Source: Eremomyces bilateralis CBS 781.70
Taxonomy: Eukaryota
Direction: 5' to 3' (one strand)
DNA length: 64,000 nucleotides
NCBI GenBank assembly: GCA_010015585.1
Contig: ML975151.1
A model generated the notes under the pieces. The model did not search any database. It worked only from the letters and a program-made list of their open reading frames with translations, and was not told where the DNA came from. Shown piece by piece: positions 22,445 through 34,197 of this stretch (the first letter of the stretch is position 1; the number at the start of each line of letters is the position of its first letter). Both the position numbers and the translations under genes were made by a program.

Positions 22445-23998
22445 CTAAGACCCAGCAACCCCTGAAAACACAAGCCGATTGCGTTCCGCATACTCCTCGA
22501 ACGCTTTAGCGTCTCCCACTAGGTCAGCAACGGCAATATATGTATCAGGACGTATCAAGTATGCTGCGTCGCGAACCAACCCCGTTCGTTGGTATTGATC
22601 CTGGTGCCATTCATACTCGTGCAACTGGACATTCGTGCTGCCGCACCATTCTCTGAGTATCCCCTTCGCCAGCCCATATACATGGACCTGCCACCCGATT
22701 CGATCATCAAAGCTTGCGAAATTGTCAGATCCATTTGCATCTGCAACCCACGGCAAACGGTCTCCTCCATGGACATCGCCCGTTGCGCCTTCCGACAGCA
22801 GAGTGCTCCGGTAATTGATCCCGATCTGCGAGACGGCGCGGAAGAAGAATTCACGGGCCCGTCCGATCGATAACACGAGCGGGACTATCAATGGCGCGAC
22901 CCGCCTCCTGACAATCCCCGCCACGACGCTCTCCGCCGTCAGTGTGGTGAAGACGCGATCGGTCGTTTGCACGAGCTTGAGCGCAAATGCACGTCGCTCC
23001 GTCTCGTACGATGGAAGTAGGTCTGCCGTCGCTTTGCCGTGGATCACGCTCGCTAGTTTCCACGAAAGGTTGATGGCGTCCCCGATGCCGGTGTTCATGC
23101 CTTGGCCGCCCGCAGGGCTATGGATATGAGCGGCGTCTCCAACCAGGAATGCGCGGCCCTGGGCGAAATGCTCCGCAACGCGGTGATGTACGCGATATGT
23201 CGAGAACCAGTTGACCTTGTCGATATGCATGTTTAGCTGGTCGATGGCACGGCTCCCGACGGAGTCGAGAGTGAGAGCCTCCGGGCGGTCAACTCGCTCA
23301 TCATGCACCATGCCGATAAGGCGGCAGTGGCCAGGTTTGTCGTAGGGGAATACGCCAATGATGTCGGCCTCGTCTAGATTCATGTGTGTTTCGTTGTTCA
23401 TGCAAGGACCGCTGCCTTCAATGTCTGCGACGTAGAAGAGATGGTGGTAGGCGTCGCCGACGAACTCCATATTTAAGGCATTGCGGACGGCGGAACGAGC
23501 ACCGTCGCATCCCGCGATATAGGAGGTGGTACATGTCTCTTTTCCACCGTCGGGCATGCGGAGCTCCGCAGTAACATGAGTGCCATGATCGGTCAAGTTC
23601 AGTAGCTCGGTGTTGCGCTCGACATTGATACCACACCGCTCAGCTTCTTCATTGAGTATACGCTCGTGGATGTCCTGTGGCAGAACGAATAGGAATGGAT
23701 AAGGAGTGAGACCCTTTCCAACTTCAGCCAGAGGGACTCGCCCCTTGATTGCTCCTGCGACCCAGATGTTCGATGCTTTAGCCGGTTGTCCTTGGGCAAG
23801 ACACTTTTCCGTCAACCCCGCGAGGCGGTAGAGCTCGAGAGTTCGTGCATGTACAACTGTGGCTCGTGAGGTCTCGGCTGACATGGACATCTTGTCGATT
23901 ATACGAACTCTGACGCCTTGTTTGACGAGAAACAAGGCGAGGATAAGGCCAGTCGGCCCGGCGCCTACGATGAGGACATCCATGGGATTTGCAACCAT
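22445..23998 (-). CDS. FAD-dependent monooxygenase (group A aromatic hydroxylase, PheA/TfdB-like), intronless
   Basis: DVLIVGAGPTGL, IAGCDGARSAVR, FLVGDAAHIHSPAGGQGMNTGIGDAINL, C-terminal YLIRPDTYIA. Confidence 0.93.
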   Translation of the reverse strand: MVANPMDVLIVGAGPTGLILALFLVKQGVRVRIIDKMSMSAETSRATVVHARTLELYRLAGLTEKCLAQGQPAKASNIWVAGAIKGRVPLAEVGKGLTPYPFLFVLPQDIHERILNEEAERCGINVERNTELLNLTDHGTHVTAELRMPDGGKETCTTSYIAGCDGARSAVRNALNMEFVGDAYHHLFYVADIEGSGPCMNNETHMNLDEADIIGVFPYDKPGHCRLIGMVHDERVDRPEALTLDSVGSRAIDQLNMHIDKVNWFSTYRVHHRVAEHFAQGRAFLVGDAAHIHSPAGGQGMNTGIGDAINLSWKLASVIHGKATADLLPSYETERRAFALKLVQTTDRVFTTLTAESVVAGIVRRRVAPLIVPLVLSIGRAREFFFRAVSQIGINYRSTLLSEGATGDVHGGDRLPWVADANGSDNFASFDDRIGWQVHVYGLAKGILREWCGSTNVQLHEYEWHQDQYQRTGLVRDAAYLIRPDTYIAVADLVGDAKAFEEYAERNRLVFSGVAGS

Positions 23999-26206
23999 AG
24001 TAATTCAGAATCCAGAATCTTCAATATATAAATATGTTAAAACTAAGAAAAAAAGGGTGCTCTCTCGTGAAAAGGAAAGCTGCGGATCATAGCATAGGAC
24101 TTGGTTGTGCTGAACAACACAAAAAAAAGAAGACCAATCTACAAGACATATACCTCCTAGTCACTCTTTATCATAAGCCTCACCTTACTATAAGCGTGTC
24201 TCGAGAATGTCACTCACTAACATCACGGCAAATGCGATTCCTGTCGGCCATTAGGATGAGTGATGACTGATCAGACCGATCTCCTCAACACGCAAGGCTG
24301 CTGCCTTCCGGCACAAGGAGATCGCAAAAGTTGACCGAGAGCCGTGTAGTGTATATGAGAGCGGAATAGAGTTCCATGATCGCCCGAGCAATACCTTAAA
24401 ATATGTCTAAAATGATATCTCGAGCAAAGTGCAAGATGACGCGTCCCGCCCATCGCTCGGATTTATGTGCCCGGCCGCAGGGAGCGGCGGAATAGTCTTC
24501 CCCCGTAGGGAGTAGAATTCGACGGTTGCCGAAAAGACCCTGCGCCTTGGCAAGCGGCAGGGGTTGCCGTGTGGTGGTTGATTCAGGAATGACAGGCCTC
24601 AAATCAGGCATCGAACTTCACATCAATTCTAAAGATGACGATGACTGGAAAAAAAATAGCGATGCAGAAGGAGAAGAGCGCGGAAATAGAAAACGAAAGG
24701 TCAAGGACGCAGTGTGCATGTGCCAGCACCGGGTGAATCTTGTTCCCTGCCACCATTTTTGCCTCCTGTTGCCGCTCGTTCACCAAGATGGCATGACAGT
24801 ATCCTCGAATCTCCGGTGCCTGTCCACTCAGGAAGTCGGGATGACTCCTCGCCGCCTATACGAGGATGCAGCCTACCCCTGTGAACAAAACCTGATATCA
24901 GAGGATAAATCAAGACAGCGCTCCAGGCATGCACTCGAAACGCAAGTAACCCTTATGTCGTCGAGGGCCGCCGGTGAGGAACCGAGGAAGGCAACGGTTG
25001 CCGAGACATGTGTCAGGAATAACTGGCCAGCAACAGGATATCCTGTTGTTCAAGAAGGCCCTTGGGAATAGAGTTGCTGCCTGCGGCGTTAACAGGACGA
25101 TTTGATAAGAGTGTCCACGTGGACAGGGCGATGTTCTGGACTATCACTGATCGCCTCAATCAACGTCTTCACACAGGTCGCCCTGTTCCCCACCATCATG
25201 CGAAGCGATGAGCTAACATCTCTTATGGTTTGAAATCGCCATTGCGTACAGCCGCAAACGGATAAATGGAAGCCTGTCATTGCGGTGTATCCGATGAAAC
25301 CATCGTGCGAAAGAAATGGAAATGGAACACCTTGTCAATTGTTGGAGATAGTGACATCGCCCATTGGTTAGCTGTCGTGTCGATGACTCGAAAGTCGACG
25401 TTGACGCGCCCAAGCGGCCCCTAGCTGGCGCGAAATTGACGCGATATCACATGAGGCGGGGTCGCCTCCACTGAGGCGTGCAAGAGCCGGTTTGGGGCTC
25501 GGATGGATGAGGCTGTGCGGGTCGAATGAGTAACTTTGAGTGAGTCATTGGTATGGGAGGAAGGAGGGCATCGAGATGGGATTGGAAGTTGGAAGAGGGA
25601 GAAATGGTATTGATACCTAGGAGAAGGATTTCGTGGAAGGAGTCGGGCAGTCAGGGGCTTTTGGAATCAGGCAGCAATATTTCCAAAAATAGTTAAGGAC
25701 TAGATTTTTATGGCGGAGTAGTATGGATGACTGCTACAGGTGGAATTACGCACACCTGATACAGAATGTCAAATCATGCCCGTTTTGGGAGTCGAGTTGA
25801 GCCCGTTGAAGAGTCCTCGAAGCCAGTCGCTTTGGAGAGAAGTCCAGAGAACTTTTAGCAACCGTTTCGAATTCTATGATACGTACACTTCTACGTTGAG
25901 TCGGATGATGGAATACAGTTCAGTATTGAGTAAAGTGTGCGAGAAAACAATTTGAAACCTCGTTGATGAGCGTAAAAGTTCCCGTTCGAAAGCACCCGTG
26001 TCCGCCGTGAAAGAAGAAATCGCACCGTAATAGAGACCCCCTCGTCTCAGTTCCATTCGACTCCAGTCCATGCCATGATACACCGGTATCAAAGGAAACC
26101 CACCCCGCGGGCGTGTTGAGTCCCGCAATGAATGAAAGAAAGCCAGTCCCGTAATGAAATAATCCCACCGCTGACGCGAAAACTTTCATCATACCCATTC
26201 TTCCCA

Positions 26207-27216
26207 TTATGCGTGCAGCCCCGTCCTCGTCCCCAACTGGGCCACCAGCTCCTCCAGCCGGTGCAGCCGATGATCCTTCTCCGAGTTCTCCAGCTCCAGC
26301 TTCCGCAGCCGCGAGTCCTTCTCGGCGTTGTCGACCATGAGCCGCTCGATCTCGCTCTGCTGATCCGACTGCACGGCGTGGTAGCCGTTCATCTTGCCGT
26401 CGTCGGTCCGGCGGCGCTTGCCGAGGTTCGGCTCGATATTCGGGTCGGTGGCCGCGGCGCTTGCTTGGAGTTCGTCGACCATGTGCGAGGTGTCGGGGTT
26501 GCCGTCCTCGTCGATGAGGCCGGGGGAGCCGCCCATGGAGCCGGATTCGCGGCGATGGACGCGGCGGAGATGCTCCTGGAGGTTCTCCTTGCGGGTGAAC
26601 GGAGGGCCGTGATGACGCTTGCACGCCGGTTCGGGGCAGTAGATAGTGATCTTGGTGCCGCCGTGGAGCTTGTGCACTTCTCTTTGGTGGCGAAGCAGCC
26701 CGCCGGAGTAGGTGAAGCCCTGGAGCTTCTCGCAGCCGGTCTCACGACACTTGTAGGGCCTCTCATGCTTGTCCATGTGTTTTCTGTGGTTCTTTGTTAG
26801 CTTGTGTTGCGGTCAATAAGGGGTGTTGTAGGGGGGTGAAAACGAACTCAATCGAGCAAAGAAGTGATGTTTACTTACCCCCATTCACATTTGCGATCGA
26901 ACATCAGGTGCGCGCACTGAGGATGAGCACAGATGAACTTGTTCTGCTCGTTCTTCGGAGGTTCTCCTTCTCTTTTGTACGTCCAACCTCGACGGTTGCT
27001 GAACGGTTCGTTCTGACCAGGTGACATGGCCGAGTCGTCCATGTGCTCGATCTCTTCCTCAGCATCAACTTGACCAGTTCGGCTCAGTAACTTCTCGTCA
27101 ATGGGAATCTGTGCGGCGTTTGCGTGATCCAGAGCCGGGTCGGTCATTTGCTGCAGCTCGGGCGCGATGTTGTGTTGAAGACCCATGGTCGCAGTTGCGA
27201 CGGCTGTTTCAGGCAT
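26207..27216 (-). CDS. C2H2 zinc-finger transcription factor (core part, three fingers plus C-terminal coiled coil)
   Basis: CAHPQC...CEWG-KHMDKHERPYKCRETGCEKLQGFTYSGGLLRHQREVH...CPEPACKR...FTRKENLQEHLRRVH. Intron 26878..26784. Likely extends upstream (see findings). Confidence 0.9.
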
Positions 27217-27848
27217 CCTTCTTGAATTTATAGAACGTGAATTCACAGGGGATCGGCTCAGGTTTTGACTGTTCACTGGAATTGATGCCTCCGGAGTCGA
27301 TGCGTCATACAAATTGGAACAAATGTAGGAATGTTGCTGCGCCTCTCGAGGTGACCGAGAACTCAAATACGGTGCGTAATTTGGCTGTGGGAAGTACGCG
27401 GTTATATGAGTACGACGAGTAGCAATGCTGTTTCGTTCCTCTTGATGCCACCGGGGATCGTTGAATGATATAGCGGGCGCCTCAGGCAGATTTCCAGCTG
27501 TCGTGAAGTGGTCCTGCAGCAGACCTTGACTAAATACCTCTCAATGCTGTAGGCAGCCTGGGTGAGACGTGCCACTTAGATCGTGGATGGCGGGATGGGA
27601 GCCTGAAGTCCAGTCAGAGGCTTGCGAAGTGATTAATTTGCCTCGGATGGTGGAGGTAGACGTTATGCCGCGTCTGAGTCAAAGCCTCCCTCGAATGCGT
27701 ACTCGATATGAGAGCGCGTCGTCAGGTATCAACTGAAGAAGACTGTGGCCTGGCAAGGAAACAAGGAGATAAGGAGACAAGGTGTCGAAAGATGATGGGA
27801 AGGCAGGAAAAGTTGAGAAAGTGGAAAAGAGCGGGAGGAAAAACGAAC

Positions 27849-29519
27849 CTCGGGCAGCAAGGCAGAAGTCGGCGTGGATTGGTGGGAAGGGAATGACGGC
27901 CTGAGCGGTTGCCACTGTCAGCCCCACTTCGGTGTCACGTGTGGTCCGTGCAGAATTGATTACACCCTCAATTCCGGTGGTTGGATTGGGTTCTTCAACA
28001 ACTTGATGATGATGAAACTGTTGGTCACCGAAAAAACTTGGCTCCCACGGGAAAGTCACCGAGTTTGCCTCAGGCCGTATTGGTTGTGGAGTGGTGTTCG
28101 AATAATTCGATGCGAAAACACTGCCATTATGTTCTGTTTTTCCGTTAGCCGCCCGGGTCACTCCGAGTGTTATGCACATTTCCTAAAATCGCCTAGTGTG
28201 AGTGATGGACATATCAGGTCACGTGGGCATGAAGGATCTCCGAAGTTTAACCAGAATTGATGCCCCAGTCATCAACATTTCTGTCGTGCCGACTATGGTT
28301 CATCACTCTCGCAGGTCTCACTGCCTGTCGTCGCTGAAGCCCAAGTCCGTTATGCATGGCCTAGCTTTCTTGCAAAGTATGCGCCTCAAATGTTTTTATT
28401 TCCTCTTTTGTCATCATCCGCGAGGTGGAATGTCATAGCACCATTTGAGAGAACGCCGATCCATGGCGGAGCCTGAAACATAACGAGAACGGGAGACTTA
28501 CGTTGCGTTGTGCGTACGTGGCCACCACCCCATGGGCCCTCCGTCCGCAACTGGCCGATTGCGCCGCCCGGTGGGCAGTAGTACTGCCAGCATACTCCCC
28601 TTCACGTTAGGCGGTTAGCAAAACTCGGTCATATTAGGGTGGAAACTTCCTTACCAAAGTACGGCCAACGCGGGTTTGATACTCCACGGCCACGTCGTGC
28701 TGATCGGTCGTTCATTGTTGCGGTACTCCGAACACCACAGGTCGCCGCCGAGCTTGCCCACCGCCTTGAGTCTTGCCATCCAGGAGCTGCATCGGCCTTT
28801 GAACTCCTCGACAATTGTCTTTTCAATCCAGCTGATGAACCAGTCGCTTAGGATCCGTAGCAAGTGCTCCAGGTTGGCGAGCGCCGAGTCGCTTAGCTTG
28901 TCTCCCACGGCCTGCTGGTATACGAACAGCAGGGCTGTCTCGACGTGGCCGAGTTTGTCGGCGACGTTGAACAGGCTCAAGTTCTCGAACAATTGGCCCC
29001 CGCTTCCGTTAGCGAGGACATCGAGGAAGCGCTTGTCATCGGACGCGATGTCGCGTAGCGCTTCGGGGGCGAAGCCATTTCCCTTGTCATCGATCTCTTT
29101 CAAAAAGCCACCGCGAGGGTTAGTTAGGAACTTATAGGTGGGATATAAAGTGATGTTACGGACTCCCCTATGTCATGGTTGGTTGTCATGTCCTTGAGTT
29201 GGAACGCTTTCTCCCCCCATCGTTTCTCGGGGTGCCAGTTTCGAGACTTGGTCACTCGGTGAGCTGGTTCCAGAGTAATACTTCGTGATTTCTTGGTTCC
29301 TCCTGGGACCTTGCTTGGCGGGGTTGCTTCGGTGCTGGAAGCGGCATCCTTTGCGAGGTCTTGGAAACTAACGCCTTCGATACGGCTGATGGATCCCCGT
29401 ACGCGCGGTTTGAGCCGATTACGGAGCTGGTTGATTAGTTGGTAGACTCGGATCGCTCGATAGATGTCTGGATGCTGTTTTGATCCTGACTTCAACCCCA
29501 ACTCGCTGGGGGATGGCAT
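27849..29519 (-). CDS. Upstream coding exons with Trp-rich motif (TWPWSIKPALAVLWGVCWQYY); probable N-terminal extension of the C2H2 gene, or a separate gene
   Basis: Intron 28654..28600 joins LAVLW to GVCWQYY. Intron 28501..28134 (GTAAGT...CTAAC...CAG) is phase-compatible with the 27679..28179 frame. The first junction near 29100-29165 is unresolved. Confidence 0.6.
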
Positions 29520-30421
29520 GGTGAACGCGCTCCCTGGAAGCAATACTCATCCGCACAATGAACAAAAGATTGTTCTGACTTGTCGCAGCGAGATCGCTCC
29601 ATCTTAACTTCGCCCACGAAAGGTGGCTATGTTTCTACTGTCCTCAGGACGGTCATCGTGATAAGCGATGGAGGTGGTTGAAGGCGAGATACCCAAGAAA
29701 AGGCAACTTCTGACATCCAGCGAAAATGAGCACTACTATTCATGAGAATATCGTCTGCCGCTTTAGGTAATCAACGGCCTCATGTTTGGGGCTGTGAAAT
29801 TTCTGATGAGGCTGCATTCGGTGAACCAGGTTCTAGATATATTTCCGGTGAAGGTGGGAGGCATCAAGGCGGCGATGGAATTGAGGCATCATTTTTGGAT
29901 AAGGCGCCATATTCAGCTACTTCATGCATTTAACCATTTTTCTTCTCACTACTCCATCAGACCACTTACCGATGCTGCCATATAGCACAGGAACATGGAG
30001 AACAAAACCCGGAGGTGTACGAACTACACCACGAACCACCTAGTTGTGGTGCATCAAACAGGTTGTTTCCATGCTACGGTATCGTTGAAGCATCTCCCAA
30101 AGTCGCACGGTCGACCCGTTCTGGTTGCTGTCATTGTATACCGTACATACACTGTGCCTCATCTGCCTGATACGGGTACGTACTGTATAGTATCGCCTCT
30201 TTTGCCTAATATCGCCTCACGAAAGTTTTCCTGCTCCCGTGGTTCGTTCCTCCATCCATCACCATAAGACAATGGAAGATTTGCCGGCTATGGATGCTCC
30301 GTTGCTCTAAACATTGTTTAAACAAATCCAGCTCGGACAGGCTTTTTCTCAGGAGACCCTTTCCATAACCTACACTATCTTGTTATCAGTTGATATTCTC
30401 TCGGTCTGGAATCCTGTCACA

Positions 30422-32883
30422 ATGGCTCCATCGGTAGCTCTCTACAACCAAATCAATACACGCCCTTTCGCAACCAGACTTCTGGAAGTCCTACCATCAA
30501 ACGACGAAAATGAAAAAGCCGCTTGTCGTTTCATAACTGCATCACTGGATGCGAATCCTGCTTATATCGCGATTTCATACACCTAATATTTGCCCTTGGA
30601 CACGACCGAGATAGTCGCAAGTGGCCTCACTACTATTGTGAGGATGAACCTAAGTTCAGCACTTCAACATATCCGCAATCGTCGTTCGTGAGGTGTTACA
30701 TTTCTCACGATTCCTTGATGGGCCAACTGACTATTGGCTTTTCTCCAAATGCGTCTGCTGTAAGCGTCGCACCCATACGTAGTAGCATTATGGGAGTGTA
30801 CTTTGTTAGAGAAACAATGGACGGTGCTGCTCATTACATGCGACAAGCAATGTGCTGGGAGCTCCAAATGGGTCTGATGCCGATCTCCAAGGGACGAATA
30901 CTAGGACATCACGATTAGCTCCAAGTATCGAAATGGGTCCATCAATAACGTCTGCATGACCGCAGCCAGCGCGCCAGGTGTTATAAGTCTCACGTCTTCT
31001 GGTCTCACTGCAGAGAGGCAAGTTTTCAGAAAACCCTCCTCACCAGACGAACTCCGCGGTCACAAATCTCATAATACAATCGGTCCGCTAGATTACATCA
31101 CTAGCTTCTTTGCCAACCAATCTATCTCTATCGATACTGGCACAACCTTAGCAAGACCCGGATCTTTGACTTCTCGGCAGTCTGTCAGCAGTGCGTACAT
31201 TCCCGGAGACACACCTGTAACGCTTCCAAGTGCGACGAATACCCTCCTACGGCCAGTCCGTCCCACACCCACTGTAACCGAATCATTGTCGATCATCCTT
31301 CGTGGAGCTGACTCATCTTGCAATCTTTACTCGTTTTCGGGCGACCTCCCCTCGGATGATGAAGTTAGAAAGCTCTTCAGGGGGGTTTCTCGGATTGATT
31401 TCTTACTATACACGTATAATTTCGAGTGCACGTTGAGAAGCTAGCAGCTGCTCGACCACCATTTCGTGATTATGAGCTGCAACTGCCTGGATCGCCGTGC
31501 CGTAGAGGCCTCCCTGCGCCGTAACGTCGGCTCCCGCCTTGAGGAGCTGCGTCACGACCTCTCGGTGTCCTCTATATGCAGCCGTCTGGAGCGTTGTGCC
31601 GAAGTGGCCTCCCTGCACCGTGACGTCGGTTTCCGCCTTGCACAAGAGAACCTTTGATCAAATGCTGACAGCCACGAAAGGACAAGATATAAAGAAGTCC
31701 CGCATCTATGCTATTTACTAGCCATCGATGCTCCGCATCACCGCTAGGGTTATGAAGAAATATTATCCACCACTTAAATCAATCGCTTTGCATTCGAAGC
31801 CACTGTATAATAGCCACTCGCGTGACTCCTTCAGATAGTGCCTTCTCTGCGTGGTTGAGCATATGACTCACCGCATACCCCAGAAAAGGATATTTGCCGC
31901 CCAACTCCTTCATTTTCTCCTCGCTCGTCAGTGCCCAAGTCATCCAGATCAAACTTACTGAGGTTCCCATGCTCATATTTCAAGTTTGAAGCCGGGAGAA
32001 CCAGCACGATGCCCATGAGACAGTATCCATGAGATGGAAGGGAGAGGGAGCTGAGATACTACTCAGTTCTGCTCGAAGAAGTCAAGAGAACTGCATGACT
32101 GGTATAAAATCAGAGATGCGGAGGTCAGGGAACTGTTCTGGTAAAGAGCACCATCGTTGTTGCATCTCAGCCTTTCTGCGCTGCAGCCAGGCCGTGGATA
32201 TGCAGATGTCTGCTCGCTCATCAGGCGCCTGGGAATGGAAAGAAGCCGTGAGTGTCACTAGAATTTCGGGGGAGGGGGTGGGCCAAGGATCCGCCATTAG
32301 CTCGACCTAGGAAACTCGCTCGAGTCTCCTGCAGTGGATCGGTTAAGTGTTTATCAACCAAGACGATTCGGATGAGAAAAACGAACAGGTGCAACTAATG
32401 GGCATGGTCTATTCAAACGCATCGCTGGTCATCTCGTGGCTGGGCTGCGACCAGGAGAGAGAACTGAGCTTCCATCCAACTGATCCGAACTGTGGCGCTT
32501 GAGGCCGATTCATCAGGAAGCTGGCTAGACGGTCTTTCGTGGATCCAGAAATAACCGTGGCTTCAAGTCTTGAACGTCGTCGACGAGCGAAGTAACATAT
32601 TCCTAACAAAGCATGGAGATCCCTCTAGGCTTTTATTTTCGATCCGCTCTGGACTCTCGTGTGGATTGTCTAGGAAATGGCACTCGCCAAGGATCTCAAA
32701 GTCATGGTTGGAAGTCATTTGATTTCCTTTAGTGGGATTGAATCTTCCGTCAAGCTATTGCATGAATATTGCGATTATCAAGAATCCCGTGTCCACAAGT
32801 TCGACAAGACATATAAGAAGGGCATATATTGTATACAGGAGATTACTGGGATCGGCAGAGACTTGTCGACCGGCTGGAAATAA
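30422..32883 (+). pseudogene. Split HET-domain (HET-6-like) pseudogene
   Basis: 5' part 30422-30692: TRLLEVLP...FITASLDANPAYIAISYT*...VRMNLSSALQHIR. 3' part ~32325-32883: WIG*VFINQDDSDEKNEQVQLMGMVYSNASLVISWLG ... WTRVWIV*EMALAK. Stops fall at conserved W/Q positions. Confidence 0.85.
31440..31980 (-). pseudogene. NACHT-ankyrin (NLR sensor) gene fragments
   Basis: Two ankyrin repeats GGHFGTTLQTAAYRGHREVVTQLLKAGADVTAQGGLYGTAIQAVAAHNHEMVVEQLL, and an upstream post-NACHT motif YPFLGYAVSHMLNHAE. Confidence 0.8.
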
Positions 32884-33013
32884 TCGAACGTCAGTTGGGA
32901 GAGGTCAAAGAACAGAACAACTCACCGGGTCCAGTGTCTCGAGACACAGATTGAAAATTTGAAGGGGTGAAACTCGCGGAACTAAACGACGGACTGAAGA
33001 ACAGTCGCAACTC

Positions 33014-33289
33014 ATGGCTCCACAGCGAAGGGGATCAACCGCGACAGGGACGATCGGAAGAGCTAGAAGCACCCGAATATCATCTGCAATCCGTGCGGAT
33101 CATCCCCTCAAATCAGTCCGAACAGTAGACATGGGCGCTACCCGTCAACAGAGTGCGTCGAGAGCAGAACAGCGCAAAACCGCGAAAGGAGCGAAGAACC
33201 ACCAGGTTTCGAGACCGAAAGAGAGAGATTCGACTGGACTCCGGCATAGCGAGCGCATTGTCAAAATTCGAGAAAATCGGAAGCCCTGA
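33014..33289 (+). CDS. Small basic (Arg/Lys/Ser-rich) hypothetical protein
   Basis: 91-aa ORF with ATG in plausible context and low-complexity basic composition, ending GLRHSERIVKIRENRKP. No family recognised. Confidence 0.35.
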   Translation: MAPQRRGSTATGTIGRARSTRISSAIRADHPLKSVRTVDMGATRQQSASRAEQRKTAKGAKNHQVSRPKERDSTGLRHSERIVKIRENRKP

Positions 33290-34197
33290 GAAGAAGTAAC
33301 GATTTATTTCCATATAAGCTGTAGCAAGACCAGCTCCGCAGAAGAATGTCTACGAAGGCCCTGCTTCTTGCAGGACTCTGACTTCTCTCCGTGAGACTTC
33401 CCCCCGCCTAGGCATATGCATGCCTCGCTGATTGTCTTAAGCCGCATTCATTTTGTGGTACTCGTCTGAATCGATCGTGTCTAGGTTGATAGAGGTCGGA
33501 AGGAGTGGGGCTGAGTGGTAAGATATCGCAAGACTGCGATTGCAAACATGACATGCATAGTCCGTCGTTGTGGGCGCGTTATTATGAGATCCGAGAGTGC
33601 CGAGATATGGATCGAATGGCAATCCATATTTGCAGTGATATTGGTTGGTTTAACATTAATTCACCGTTCTAGATATTCAGGCATTTATGGTGGGAATGGC
33701 AGCCATGACCGTTTCGTCAACATTTGGGAGCAATCGCTTGGGGCATTGAGATCATCACGAGCGTCGAGGACGAGAGTCGGAGTATAGGTTCTGATCGCCG
33801 AGAGAGCTACGAGACGCAGTTGACACATAATTAGGAGATTGGGTAGACCGGATCATGGCTTTGCTTCTTATTCTGCTGCAATATGCAAGCATTTTGCCAA
33901 ATTCGATCAGGTGAGGTTTGCTGGAATCACTGGAAGTATGAGGTTATGTCTGGTAGACTATTGAGAGAACCCCTAACAAAGCTGACGATATTATTATCCC
34001 CACCGTGGATAGCATCACGAAGATTGAACGATAGATCCAATGAAAGCACTGGATTCAGTTCTATATTTGCTTGCGTCGTGCAGCTTCTTAGTGATTCGTC
34101 CCTATTGACATTGATCCTCGGATGTTCTCATTGCACGCGTGTCCTGTCATCCGGCCATACCCCCATGAACCCGAATGTAGTCTCCCAAACCCCAACG

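Noticed and set aside
24526..25450. 181-aa ORF and a nearby ACGCG/CGCGAAA cluster (MCB/SCB-like)
   Set aside because: The ORF has a non-ATG start and no protein-like features; no downstream gene could be tied to the motifs.
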